64,000 bases of DNA. It comes from Dehalococcoidia bacterium. Lineage in GTDB: Bacteria; Chloroflexota; Dehalococcoidia; Lucifugimonadales; Lucifugimonadaceae. The translations under genes and the position numbers were made by a program. Positions 47,785 through 57,595 of the stretch are shown piece after piece. Under the pieces are notes generated by a model. It searched no databases and was not told the origin of the DNA. It was given only the letters and a program-made list of their open reading frames with translations. The DNA lies in the NCBI GenBank assembly GCA_002708085.1, contig PAOU01000011.1:55556-119555 (forward strand), given 5' to 3'. The stretch's first letter is position 1; every line of letters starts with the position of its first letter.

Positions 47785-48249
47785 TTAATTAATAGTATTT
47801 TCATTAAGATAGCTTAATATTTCTCTACATTCTCCAAGAATTTCTTTATGAATTTTTATTGAAATAATATCTGTTCCAGAGAAAAGTTTTAATAAGAATT
47901 TTTCTGGAGTTATCCAATAATCTATAGCTAAAAAAATGGATATTAATGTTATAAAAATTCCTCCAATTGCAGATATAATAATATCTGAAGATAATTGCCA
48001 GAATCCTACAGCACAAATTATTCCCAATATTGACCAATAGAATTGAGTAGAATTTTTATTTTTGATAGAAAGGTTGTATCCATCAAAAGATGACCTTTTT
48101 ATCGAGGAAATTAGTGCTTCATTATTTTTATAATTGATATGATATATAAAAGATTTTGTTATGATTATATGATTATTTTGATTAATTTCTAATTCGCGCA
48201 AAATTTCTTCTTTAGAAATATTGAATTTGTTTAAAATATCATCTTTCAT
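47785..48249 (-). CDS. Hypothetical membrane protein (two central TM helices)
   Basis: 154 aa. TM candidates FYWSILGIICAVGFWQL and IISAIGGIFITLISIFLAIDYWI. No family recognised. Confidence 0.4.
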   Translation of the reverse strand: MKDDILNKFNISKEEILRELEINQNNHIIITKSFIYHINYKNNEALISSIKRSSFDGYNLSIKNKNSTQFYWSILGIICAVGFWQLSSDIIISAIGGIFITLISIFLAIDYWITPEKFLLKLFSGTDIISIKIHKEILGECREILSYLNENTIN

Positions 48250-48269
48250 AGTTGAGTCTCCTATTGGTT

Positions 48270-48971
48270 TTATAATGTGAAAATATCAGGAAAAAAATTT
48301 ATCATATTGTCACTCCAGAGTTTTTTGCCTGATTCTCTAGTTTTTCTTTCAATTTCATAATGTGCCTCAAGAACCTCTGGATGATCTGGCTCTCCTGGAT
48401 GCCCTAAAGAAGCAGCTAAATCATGAGGTCCAAATGCTATTCTATCAATACCTTTAATTGTCAATATTTCATCTAAATTATCTATTGCGATTTTTGATTC
48501 TATTTGAGCAGTTACTATCATATTAATATTAGCCCATTCAGAAAATTTCAATTTACTACCATACTTGTTGTTTAGAATGTCTAATTGATTAAATTCTGTT
48601 CCTCTTCCTCCACCCCATGATCTATTTCCTAAGGGAGGGTAAAGGCAACTATTTACTAAAAGAAGTCCTTCTAAATATGTTTCAACATGAGGGCCTACTA
48701 TCCCTTGAACACCTCTATCTAGGAACAGATTGATATTTGGGCTAGATATTTCGTGGACTCTTGCAGTTACAGTTAAACCCATTCCTATTGCAAGGCGACA
48801 AATATTTTCTAAAGAAACTACATTGAAAGAGCCATGTTCAGCGTCTAGGTGAATTGCATTAAACCCTTTTATTTTTGCATATTCAACTGATTCAATAGAA
48901 GGCGTTTTTAAGTTTAATACTTTAACATCTTTGCCTAATTTATTTAAATAAATTATTTGATTATCATTCAT
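48270..48971 (-). CDS. HpcH/HpaI-family 2-keto-3-deoxy-acid aldolase
   Basis: 233 aa. FNAIHLDAEHGSF, VTARV, QIESKIAIDNLDEI, IAFGPHDLA pattern of class II pyruvate aldolases. Confidence 0.7.
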   Translation of the reverse strand: MNDNQIIYLNKLGKDVKVLNLKTPSIESVEYAKIKGFNAIHLDAEHGSFNVVSLENICRLAIGMGLTVTARVHEISSPNINLFLDRGVQGIVGPHVETYLEGLLLVNSCLYPPLGNRSWGGGRGTEFNQLDILNNKYGSKLKFSEWANINMIVTAQIESKIAIDNLDEILTIKGIDRIAFGPHDLAASLGHPGEPDHPEVLEAHYEIERKTRESGKKLWSDNMINFFPDIFTL

Positions 48972-49064
48972 TTTTCAATTATAAAATATTTTATAATTCT
49001 TTACTTACAATTCTTAATTTACTGAATTTTCAATGATTTTTTGTTCATCTACTTCAACTCCTAA

Positions 49065-50150
49065 TCAAAATTTTTTAGGCATATGAATATATCCTTTTTT
49101 ATATGACCAAGAGGTTTTTACTAATTCATGGAGATTGTTTGCTAATCCAGCTTGATATTCTTGTAAATAATTATTTTCACAAATAGAAGAAAAATGTAAA
49201 GTGGCAGCTTGGAAAATCGGACTTCCCATTCCCATGTGAGGGGTAACTTGAACATTGTATTTTTTACATAATTTTAATTGAATTAAGGCATTGGAAATTC
49301 CTGTTCTTCCGATGTCAGGTTGCAGAACATTTAAAGCTTGTTTTTTTAGCCATGGTGATATTTGATAATGAGTCCTAAAATGTTCTCCCAGAGCAATTGG
49401 AACTCCAGGTTTAGAAACTAGCATTTTATGATCTTCAATATTTTCAGGTTGTAAAGGACATTCTAAAAATTTTACTTTAAAATTTTCTAGACTGTTCTTT
49501 AATTCAATAGTTGATTTTAAATCTGACATCCAAAGAAGATCTACCATCCAATTATTTATTTCCTGAACTTCACTTTGAATTTTTGAGAGTTCATTTTCTA
49601 TTTCTGTGTTATTAGCAGGAAGAAATAATTTGACTCCTTTTAAGTCTTTATTTGCCCATAGTTTAAGATGAGAAATTTTTTCTTTTAAATTTTTTTGTCT
49701 TAAGCCCGATAAATATACTGGTATTTTAGCGAGAGGTTTCTTTTTTAAAAGTTTTCCTAAAGGGATTTCATGAAATTTTGAAAGAGCATCCCAAACTGCA
49801 ATATCTAGTGCTGCTAAAGCATCAAGGTAATAGCCTGAATGGTAACCTCTACCTCTTTGAATATCATAAAGAAATTGCCACATTTGATTAGGATTGATGA
49901 ATTTTTCTTTCTTTACTAGGGGTGTAATAATATTGGAAATTATTAATTTTACTATTTCAGGACCTATAGGGACGTTTGCTTCTCCCCATCCTATAAGTCC
50001 ATTTTTTAATGTAATCTTTACTAATAAGCATTCTGGTTTTCTTGCATAAACAGTTTGCCAACCTTCTCTTAATTCGAATCTGTCAGTAGTTTTTACGATT
50101 TTATGAGAATCAGTTTCTTCCCAATAACTTGGAGATGAATTCATAACCAC
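49065..50150 (-). CDS. Enolase-superfamily enzyme (mandelate racemase/muconate lactonizing family), probable acid-sugar dehydratase
   Basis: 361 aa. N-terminal capping domain (GLIGWGEA), putative metal ligands in MVDLLW / FLECP / ALGEH. Specificity unknown. Confidence 0.65.
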   Translation of the reverse strand: MVMNSSPSYWEETDSHKIVKTTDRFELREGWQTVYARKPECLLVKITLKNGLIGWGEANVPIGPEIVKLIISNIITPLVKKEKFINPNQMWQFLYDIQRGRGYHSGYYLDALAALDIAVWDALSKFHEIPLGKLLKKKPLAKIPVYLSGLRQKNLKEKISHLKLWANKDLKGVKLFLPANNTEIENELSKIQSEVQEINNWMVDLLWMSDLKSTIELKNSLENFKVKFLECPLQPENIEDHKMLVSKPGVPIALGEHFRTHYQISPWLKKQALNVLQPDIGRTGISNALIQLKLCKKYNVQVTPHMGMGSPIFQAATLHFSSICENNYLQEYQAGLANNLHELVKTSWSYKKGYIHMPKKF

Positions 50151-50203
50151 ATGGTAGGAAGAGATGTCTTCTATGATAAAATTTAAATTATAATTTTTAG
50201 TGA

Positions 50204-50410
50204 TTAGTTTCCTCCTCCTACAGCCTGTACTATTTCTATTTTATCTCCTTCCTTAAGAATATTTTTTTGATATTCTTTTTTAGGAATTATCGAACCGTTA
50301 ACTGCAATAGCAATTTTTTTTTGAGATAAGTTTTGATTTTTTAGAAAAGTTGTAATGTCTATTTCTTTTTCAATAGATATTTTAACTCCATTTAAGTATA
50401 AAGTTTTCAT
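50204..50410 (-). CDS. thiS: Sulfur-carrier protein ThiS
   Basis: 68 aa, beta-grasp size, adjacent to thiE/thiG. C-terminus ...VQAVGGGN, one residue beyond the Gly-Gly. Confidence 0.75.
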   Translation of the reverse strand: MKTLYLNGVKISIEKEIDITTFLKNQNLSQKKIAIAVNGSIIPKKEYQKNILKEGDKIEIVQAVGGGN

Positions 50411-50413
50411 TTT

Positions 50414-51043
50414 TTAAGTTATGGATTTCATAATAAGCTTTGTATCATCATGAATTTTTTGTGATTCTAATATGTATCTTTTCACAGCTACTCCTGAACA
50501 TCCTTTTTTGATGACATCTTTTGAATTATTTTCATTAATTCCTCCTATTCCAATTATAGGTGTTTTACTTATTTTTTTTAATTCTGAAATTGGAGTTAAA
50601 CCTATAGGTTTGCTATTTGGATGACTTAAAGTTTTATAAATTGGTCCTAAAATCCAATAATTAATTAATGATTCATATATTGATAAACTTGAATCAACTT
50701 GATGAATAGATTTTCCAATAAGAAATTCTTTTCCTAGAAGATTTTTAACTAAATTTATAGGAATAGATTTTTCTCCTAAATGTATTCCATCACTTTTTAA
50801 TGCCATAGCTATATCTACACGATCATTAATAATGAATAATGCTCTATTATTTATAATTTTTTGAATTTTTCTTCCAAAATCTAATAATTCTAAAGAAGAC
50901 ATATGTTTTTCTCTTAATTGAATCATGTTGAATCCACTGGAAACAGAATTTTCTATTATATTTAAAGTTTCCTTTTTATTTTTGATTTTTGTGTCTGTGA
51001 TTAAGCACAAAATTTTATTTGGAAAATTCTTTCGTTTTAACAT
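50414..51043 (-). CDS. thiE: Thiamine-phosphate synthase
   Basis: ILCLITD..., FNMIQLREK, IINDRVDIAMALKSDGIHLG motifs. Confidence 0.85.
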   Translation of the reverse strand: MLKRKNFPNKILCLITDTKIKNKKETLNIIENSVSSGFNMIQLREKHMSSLELLDFGRKIQKIINNRALFIINDRVDIAMALKSDGIHLGEKSIPINLVKNLLGKEFLIGKSIHQVDSSLSIYESLINYWILGPIYKTLSHPNSKPIGLTPISELKKISKTPIIGIGGINENNSKDVIKKGCSGVAVKRYILESQKIHDDTKLIMKSIT

Positions 51044-51062
51044 TTTTTTGAAAATCAGTTAA

Positions 51063-51839
51063 CTATTCTTTAGGAGGAGAACTAGCTACTGCAATACTTT
51101 TTTTAGGTATTCTTCCTGCAAGAAAAGCTTGTCTTCCTGATTGTACACCTAATCTAAATGCTGATGCCATTATTCCAGGGTTTTCAGCTTGTGCTATAGC
51201 CGTATTTATTAGAACTGCATCTGCGCCTGCTTCCATAACAAGAGCAGCATCAGATGGAACACCTATCCCTGCATCTACTATTACAGGTACTTTAGACTGA
51301 TCTATAATAATTTTTATGGATTCTAATGTATGAATGCCTTGCCCAGATCCTATTGGAGAGCCTAATGGCATTACTGTCACACATCCTATTTTTTCTAATT
51401 CTAGAGCTAATACAGGATCAGCAGAAATATAGGGTAATACCTTAAATCCTTTTTTAATTAGATCTTCAGCAGCTTTTAAAGTTCCGACAGGGTCAGGGAG
51501 AAGGTATTTGGAATCAGGAATAACTTCTAGTTTTATCCAATCAGTTTCAGTCAATTCTCTAGCAAGTTCTGCAGTGAAAACGGCATCTTTAGAATTAGTG
51601 CATCCTGCCGTATTTGGTAATATAGTAAGATTTTTTGATTTGATTATTTCTAGAATATTTTCTTCTTTTTTAGCTTCAAGATTAATTCTTCTTATAGCAA
51701 CTGTAATTATTTCAGTTTGTGAATTTTCAATACTTTGAATTAATTCTTTAGCGCTTTTATGTCTTCCAGTTCCTGTCAATAATCTAGAATGAAATTTTTT
51801 ATTGTCAATGATTAGAAAATCATCCATAAATATATCCAA
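51063..51839 (-). CDS. thiG: Thiazole synthase
   Basis: SRLLTGTG, IKLEVIPD, VMPLGSPIGSGQG motifs. TTG 51839 or ATG 51827 as start. Confidence 0.9.
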   Translation of the reverse strand: MDIFMDDFLIIDNKKFHSRLLTGTGRHKSAKELIQSIENSQTEIITVAIRRINLEAKKEENILEIIKSKNLTILPNTAGCTNSKDAVFTAELARELTETDWIKLEVIPDSKYLLPDPVGTLKAAEDLIKKGFKVLPYISADPVLALELEKIGCVTVMPLGSPIGSGQGIHTLESIKIIIDQSKVPVIVDAGIGVPSDAALVMEAGADAVLINTAIAQAENPGIMASAFRLGVQSGRQAFLAGRIPKKSIAVASSPPKE

Positions 51840-51932
51840 CTTCTATAATGTTTAAATCTTTATACTTTATATTCTAATGAATATTAAAATATCATAAGAC
51901 AAAAATTTTGTAATTATAAGAAGGAGATATTT

Positions 51933-52679
51933 ATGATTCATGGATTACTTTTAGATCTTGATGGAACTCTAATAAACCAAGATGATAAAATATCACTAAG
52001 TGTGAAAAATTTAGTTAAAGATTTTGCAGAACAAATTCCTGTATCTATTATTTCTGGCAGAGAATCACGAGAAGTAAAAAAATTTGCGAATGAATTATCT
52101 TTAAATTATATACAATTTTCTGATAATGGAGCTCGAGTTATAGATAATAAAAATGGAGATACTATTATTTCGGTTAGCATTGAAGAAGGTTTAGTTAAAA
52201 ATATATTTTCTAAAATTTTGGAGAAAAAATTAAAATTTCTTGCTACTACTAATGATAAAACATTTAATTCTTTAGTAAATGTAGATTCATTTGATATTTC
52301 CACAATAGTTATTTGCTTAGAAGAATTTGAAGATGCTAAAGCTTTTAGTTCAGAATATTCTGAAGAATTAGGATTAAGAGTTAATATTTCTAGTGACTCT
52401 AACAGAGAAAGATATTATGTGAATATTAATCATTCTCATGTTAGTAAAGGTGTTGCCGTTAATCATTTTTGTAGATTTTATTCATTAAATAAATCTAAAG
52501 TTATGGCAATTGGTGATAGTTATAATGATTTAGAAATGTTAAAAGAGGTAGGTATTAGTGTTGCAATGGAAAATGCTCCGATTGAAGTAAAAGATGTAGC
52601 TAGATATGTTGTCAAAGATGTTAACAGTGATGGTGTAGAAGAAGCGTTATTGAAATTTTCTCATAGATCATTTTTTTAG
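51933..52679 (+). CDS. HAD-superfamily hydrolase, Cof-type (subfamily IIB) phosphatase
   Basis: LLLDLDGTL motif I, GDSYNDLEM motif III. SD AAGGAG 6 nt upstream of the ATG. Confidence 0.75.
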   Translation: MIHGLLLDLDGTLINQDDKISLSVKNLVKDFAEQIPVSIISGRESREVKKFANELSLNYIQFSDNGARVIDNKNGDTIISVSIEEGLVKNIFSKILEKKLKFLATTNDKTFNSLVNVDSFDISTIVICLEEFEDAKAFSSEYSEELGLRVNISSDSNRERYYVNINHSHVSKGVAVNHFCRFYSLNKSKVMAIGDSYNDLEMLKEVGISVAMENAPIEVKDVARYVVKDVNSDGVEEALLKFSHRSFF

Positions 52680-54425
52680 AGCTCTTACACCTGCAGTGAA
52701 AGCTGATTGCCAAATTTTTAATTCTGATTTTAGTGTAGATCTAAATTTATTACTATATTCTCCCATTTGTCTAAATTTCTTTTTTCTTCTTCTACTTAGA
52801 GTTCTAGGATAGATTTTTTTTAAAGAACCTAACTCTTTCATGAGCTCTATTTTTAATAATCTTGCAGCTTCTTGAGGTGAGGAATGTGCTCCTCCTACTG
52901 GTTCAGGAACTATATAATCAATTATTCCCATTTGAAGACAATCAGTAGAAGTTAATTTTAGTGTAGAAACAACATCTTTGATTTTTCCTGAATCTTTTAA
53001 TTGTGATCTAGCAGCATCTTCAGGACTAATTGGTGTAAAAATTGCATTTTGCATCATTAATGTTCTGTCAGATACCGAGAAAGATAACCCTGTTTCACTT
53101 CCCCCTTCACCTATTATTACAGAAATTGTAGCTACTTCTACTTTTGTCATAGAAGAGATTAATTCAGATATAGAATTTGCAAGTCCTTTATATTCAGCTT
53201 GTAAGCTTAATTCAGGACCTAATGAATCAACTAGACTAATTATAGGTAATCCGAATCTTTCAGCTAATTCAATAGCTCTTTTTGCCTTTCTAAATCCTTC
53301 AGGTTTAATTTTAACTTTTTGAGATTTTTTATTGGAAGATTTATTTATTTTTTCCACAGTTTTTTGTTGAGCTATTACCATCACAGATTCCCCCGCTAGT
53401 CTTGCTAATCCTATTATAATTGAAGGATCATCAGACATTAATCTGTCACCATGAAGTTCTATAAAGTTCGCAAAAATTTCTGATATATAATATCTAGATT
53501 GTGGCCTATTTATATTTCTAGCTAGTTGGACCATTTCCCAAGGTTTTAATGGTAAAAGGGATGTTTCAGGAATGTTAGTAGTTTTCAAAATTTCTAGGTT
53601 AAATTTTGGACTTAAAAGATCAAGCAATGTTGATGTTTCTCTATTAATGTTCTGTCTAGATACAACTCTGTCTATTAGTCCATGTTTCTGATATATTTCT
53701 GAGGTGTATTTAGATGGTTCAATTTCACCGCTAACTTCTTTGATACTTCTGTAGGGAGCATAACCTATATGGGCTCCAGGTTCCGCAATAATAATATCTG
53801 ATAAAGAAACAAAACTTGCGATCACTTGTCCTGTAGAAGGATTACCTAAAATTGAAATTATTGGGAGCCCTTTTTTATGTAAATTATCTAATGCCACTAC
53901 AGTTTTGGCCATTTGCATCAAAGACAAAACTCCCTCTTGAATTCTTGATCCTCCACTCGTAATAACACATAAAACAGGCATTCTTCGTTTTTCTGCTAAT
54001 TCAAGAGATAATGCAACTTTTTCACCTACAACCAATCCCATACTTCCGCCTAGGAATCCAAAATCTAAGACCATAATTACAGTAGGAGACCCGCCTATAG
54101 TACATGTTCCTGTGACTATTGCTTCACTAAGTCCAGTTCTTAGCCTATCTTTTTTTATACGAGATTTATATTGTGCTCCTGAAGTTTTCTCGATAGGGTT
54201 TAGGGAAGTCACATCATTAAAATACTCTTTAAAAGTTCCTCTATCTATCAAAGAAACAAGTCTTTCTCTTGCATTGATATGGAAGTGAAAGTTACATTTA
54301 TAGCAGACTTTATAACGGGAATACAATTTAGTTCCAAATATTTCATTTCCACAAGCCAAGCAATCTGTGACTTCTATATCTGGATTTGAGTATTTTTTTT
54401 GGTTCTTTGATGAATTCTCAGACAT
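52668..54425 (-). CDS. Acetyl-CoA carboxylase carboxyltransferase, fused beta (AccD) and alpha (AccA) subunits
   Basis: 585 aa. Residues 1-273 carry the AccD zinc ribbon CLACGNEI..CYKCNFHF and FGFLGGSMG. The C-terminal half carries AccA-like ARNINRPQS, IELHGDRLMSDDPSIIIGLARL, PEGFRKAKRAIELAERFGLPIISLVD, VIIGEGGSE, PEPVGGAHS. Confidence 0.8.
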   Translation of the reverse strand: MSENSSKNQKKYSNPDIEVTDCLACGNEIFGTKLYSRYKVCYKCNFHFHINARERLVSLIDRGTFKEYFNDVTSLNPIEKTSGAQYKSRIKKDRLRTGLSEAIVTGTCTIGGSPTVIMVLDFGFLGGSMGLVVGEKVALSLELAEKRRMPVLCVITSGGSRIQEGVLSLMQMAKTVVALDNLHKKGLPIISILGNPSTGQVIASFVSLSDIIIAEPGAHIGYAPYRSIKEVSGEIEPSKYTSEIYQKHGLIDRVVSRQNINRETSTLLDLLSPKFNLEILKTTNIPETSLLPLKPWEMVQLARNINRPQSRYYISEIFANFIELHGDRLMSDDPSIIIGLARLAGESVMVIAQQKTVEKINKSSNKKSQKVKIKPEGFRKAKRAIELAERFGLPIISLVDSLGPELSLQAEYKGLANSISELISSMTKVEVATISVIIGEGGSETGLSFSVSDRTLMMQNAIFTPISPEDAARSQLKDSGKIKDVVSTLKLTSTDCLQMGIIDYIVPEPVGGAHSSPQEAARLLKIELMKELGSLKKIYPRTLSRRRKKKFRQMGEYSNKFRSTLKSELKIWQSAFTAGVRALKK

Positions 54426-54444
54426 TATAAAATATTATGATATT

Positions 54445-56661
54445 TTAGTGTTTTAATACATCCCTAGGCTTTCCTGAATCTCCTGGTCCTACAATTCCTT
54501 CTTCTTCCAATTCATCCATTAATCTTGCTGCTCTAGGATAACCTATCCTTAATCTTCTTTGAAGTAGAGATGTAGAAAGTTTTTTTTGACTTATGGCTAA
54601 TTCAACAGCTTGTTGAAAAAGAGCATCAGTATTTTTAGAAAATTCAAATGATGTACTTTCATCTTTAGTTTCAGGATTTAATTTTGGTAGTTCGAATGAA
54701 GACTGATCTTTCCAATGAGAAATAATTGAATTTATTTCTGATTCAGAGAGCAATCCTCCTTGTACTCTTATAGCTTTTGGTTGGTCTACAGGTAGAAAAA
54801 GCATATCTCCTCTACCTAATAATTTTTCTGCACCAGGACTATCAATAACTGTTCTGGAATCTATTTGGCTAGTTACACTAAATGATATTCTACTTGGAAA
54901 ATTCGCTTTTATTAAACCAGTAACCACATCAACAGAAGGACGTTGAGTCGCTACAATAAGATGTATACCAGTAGCTCTTCCTAATTGAGCTATACGTACT
55001 AGTGATTTTTCAACTTCTCCAGCAGCACTCAACATTAAATCAGCAAGTTCATCAACTATAATCACTAAATAAGGTAATTTTTCCTCTGATTTTTCATTAA
55101 ATGCAGCAATGTTCTTACAATCCAATGATTCAAGAGTCTTGAATCTATCCATCATTTGATCGATTACTAATTTTAAAATTGAGACAGCTTTAGCAGCATC
55201 AACTATTGGATCAGTATATAGATGAGGAATACCTGAGTAGGGAGTTAGTTCTACTCTTTTAGGATCTATCATTATTAATCTTAGTTCTGAAGGGTCTCTT
55301 ACTAGCAACAATCCACTAATCATTGAATTAATGCAGACACTTTTTCCAGACCCTGTGGCTCCAGCTACTAGAAAATGAGGCATTTTAGTGAGATCACAAT
55401 ATACAGGATCTCCATTACTTCCAATCCCTAATGCTAAAGGCAAGGGATTATTTTTATTGAATTTACTAAAATTTTTTGTTTCCATAGTAGTTCTTAGATT
55501 AACTAGACTAGGACTTTTATTTGGTACCTCTATGCCAACTAAAGATGTTCCAGGGACAGGAGCTTGGAATCTCAAATTTGGACTTGCTAAGGCTAAAGCT
55601 AAATCTTTTTCTCTAGATAATATTGTGTCAACTCTTACTCTTGTTCCTAAATTTTCTTGATTTTCAATTTGTTCTTTATTAGATGGTAGAGTTTTGGATT
55701 TAGATTTTTTACCATATCCAGGTTCTAGACCATACATAGTTACAGTTGGCCCTGGTTTTACTTGACCTACTGTAACTTCAATTCCATGTTCTTTTAAAGT
55801 AGATACAATTAATTTTTTAGTGGTTTCCATTTCTTCATTTGATAAAGGGCTCAAATGAGATTCATTTAGAATTTCTATATTAGGAAGGATCCATTTTTCT
55901 GAAGGGTTATTCAAAGTAGTAGTAATTTTCTGTTCAACTTTGGGTTCTTTTATTAGGGATTCATCATTTAAAATTTCTTTTTCTTCAACTTGATCTTCCA
56001 GAATTTTATTATTTTCTTCCGCTTGAGAATCTGTATTATTTGAAGATTTAGAATTTATTAAATTGAAAAAAGAAATATACCATTTTTTTAGATGAAGATA
56101 TGTAAATTTTGAATAGATTAATATTTTCTTCAAAACCAGTAACATTTTTTTAGGCCAGCAAATAGAAAATCCTATTAATAAAATAATTATATTTCTAAAA
56201 ACCCCGAAAATTCTTAAAGCAAATATATTATTCCAGTGTTCCCATTGTTGTGGTTCACGAGAAATAATGTCTCCCAAATTTCCTCCAAGAGTATCTCCTA
56301 ATTCTTTTGTTGTTAGAAAATAATTTTGGTTATCTTTTGTAAAAGCATTAGATGATTCTAAATCTACAGGTGCATTGAATAATCCTAAGAATCCTATTGA
56401 TGCTAAAGAAATAAAAATTCCAAAAACCAAATATCTCCAATATTTAGTGAATTTTTTATTTTGGAATAATATTATAAATAGGCTAACTAATGAATAAGAT
56501 ATGACTATTATGCTTCCCCATCCAAATAATCTCAAAATTATTTCCCAGTAGAAGAAGTTGATTACAACAAGAATCAATACTACAAATAATAGAAAAATTG
56601 TTTGAGGCTTTTTTTCTATAAAAATCTTTTGTTTTGATATAGGTTTCTTTTTTTGAGACAA
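54445..56661 (-). CDS. ftsK: DNA translocase FtsK/SpoIIIE
   Basis: 738 aa. N-terminal TM region, Walker A LVAGATGSGKSV, Walker B LVIIVDELADL, C-terminal gamma wHTH (LLQRRLRIGYPRAARLMDELEE). Confidence 0.9.
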   Translation of the reverse strand: MSQKKKPISKQKIFIEKKPQTIFLLFVVLILVVINFFYWEIILRLFGWGSIIVISYSLVSLFIILFQNKKFTKYWRYLVFGIFISLASIGFLGLFNAPVDLESSNAFTKDNQNYFLTTKELGDTLGGNLGDIISREPQQWEHWNNIFALRIFGVFRNIIILLIGFSICWPKKMLLVLKKILIYSKFTYLHLKKWYISFFNLINSKSSNNTDSQAEENNKILEDQVEEKEILNDESLIKEPKVEQKITTTLNNPSEKWILPNIEILNESHLSPLSNEEMETTKKLIVSTLKEHGIEVTVGQVKPGPTVTMYGLEPGYGKKSKSKTLPSNKEQIENQENLGTRVRVDTILSREKDLALALASPNLRFQAPVPGTSLVGIEVPNKSPSLVNLRTTMETKNFSKFNKNNPLPLALGIGSNGDPVYCDLTKMPHFLVAGATGSGKSVCINSMISGLLLVRDPSELRLIMIDPKRVELTPYSGIPHLYTDPIVDAAKAVSILKLVIDQMMDRFKTLESLDCKNIAAFNEKSEEKLPYLVIIVDELADLMLSAAGEVEKSLVRIAQLGRATGIHLIVATQRPSVDVVTGLIKANFPSRISFSVTSQIDSRTVIDSPGAEKLLGRGDMLFLPVDQPKAIRVQGGLLSESEINSIISHWKDQSSFELPKLNPETKDESTSFEFSKNTDALFQQAVELAISQKKLSTSLLQRRLRIGYPRAARLMDELEEEGIVGPGDSGKPRDVLKH

Positions 56662-56746
56662 AATATAGTTTAAAAATTGTTTATTTTGACTCTAGAATAT
56701 TTAGCCTATGAGGTCAATTAGTTCAAGAAATCATTTTTAGCATTTT

Positions 56747-57322
56747 TCATTTTCTTAACGAAGAAACAAGTAAAGAGGGAATTTTATGGAAATCATTTCT
56801 TAGTATTTGTGCAAATTTTGTGTTTCTTAAAGCAGCTGCTGGATGATAAACAGGAAAGATTATTCTTCCATCCAATTCTATTTGTTGACCTCTTACAGAT
56901 GATATTGTTTCTTTAGGAAAGAAATATGATAAAGAAAATCTTCCTAATGTGACTATTACTCTAGGGTTAAATATTTTAATTTGTTTTTCTAAATATGGAG
57001 AGCAAGATTCTAATTCTTTTGGCAATGGATCTCGATTATTTGGAGGTCTGCATTTTACTATGTTGGAAATAAAAGTATCTTTTCTATTTATTGATATTTC
57101 TGAGAGTAATTTGTCTAATAATTTGCCCGCTCTTCCAACGAATGGTAACCCATCTCTGTCTTCATTTAATCCTGGTCCTTCACCAATCATCATTAAACCA
57201 GATAAAGCACTCCCACTTCCAGGAACAGCCAATGTTCTTGTTTTGTGAAGATCACACAATGTGCAAGATTTTATTGTAGAGTCTAAGCTATGTATTTTTG
57301 AAGAAAAATCTTTAGATGACAT
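56747..57322 (-). CDS. Uracil-DNA glycosylase, family 4
   Basis: CTLCDLHKTR...MMIGEGPGLNEDRDGLPFVGRAGKLL and HPAAALR motifs. Confidence 0.8.
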   Translation of the reverse strand: MSSKDFSSKIHSLDSTIKSCTLCDLHKTRTLAVPGSGSALSGLMMIGEGPGLNEDRDGLPFVGRAGKLLDKLLSEISINRKDTFISNIVKCRPPNNRDPLPKELESCSPYLEKQIKIFNPRVIVTLGRFSLSYFFPKETISSVRGQQIELDGRIIFPVYHPAAALRNTKFAQILRNDFHKIPSLLVSSLRK

Positions 57323-57335
57323 CCATTAGGATTTA

Positions 57336-57593
57336 TTAGTCAGTAATACCTTTATTCTCAAGAAAAGAAAGAGCATCTGAGACTTTTATGATTTTTTCAG
57401 CTTCTTCATCATTAATTTCTAGTGCTTCATCATCTGATGAAAATTCTGTTTCAATAGCCATAATCATTTCTACTACATCTAATGAATCTGCGCCTAGATC
57501 ATCTACGAAAGATGCATCAGGCACTACGTCTCCTTCTTCTACTGAAAGTGTTTCGACTATAATATTTTTTAATCTGTCACTTACTGTTGCCAT
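57336..57593 (-). CDS. acpP: Acyl carrier protein
   Basis: 85 aa acidic protein. Phosphopantetheine site [16 protein letters not shown]. Confidence 0.9.
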   Translation of the reverse strand: MATVSDRLKNIIVETLSVEEGDVVPDASFVDDLGADSLDVVEMIMAIETEFSSDDEALEINDEEAEKIIKVSDALSFLENKGITD

Positions 57594-57595
57594 AG

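Noticed and set aside
51840-51932. TPP riboswitch upstream of thiG.
   Set aside because: The 93-nt spacer is almost pure A/T on both strands. It lacks the conserved CUGAGA and ACCUGAUCUGGAUAAUGCCAGCG-type core elements.
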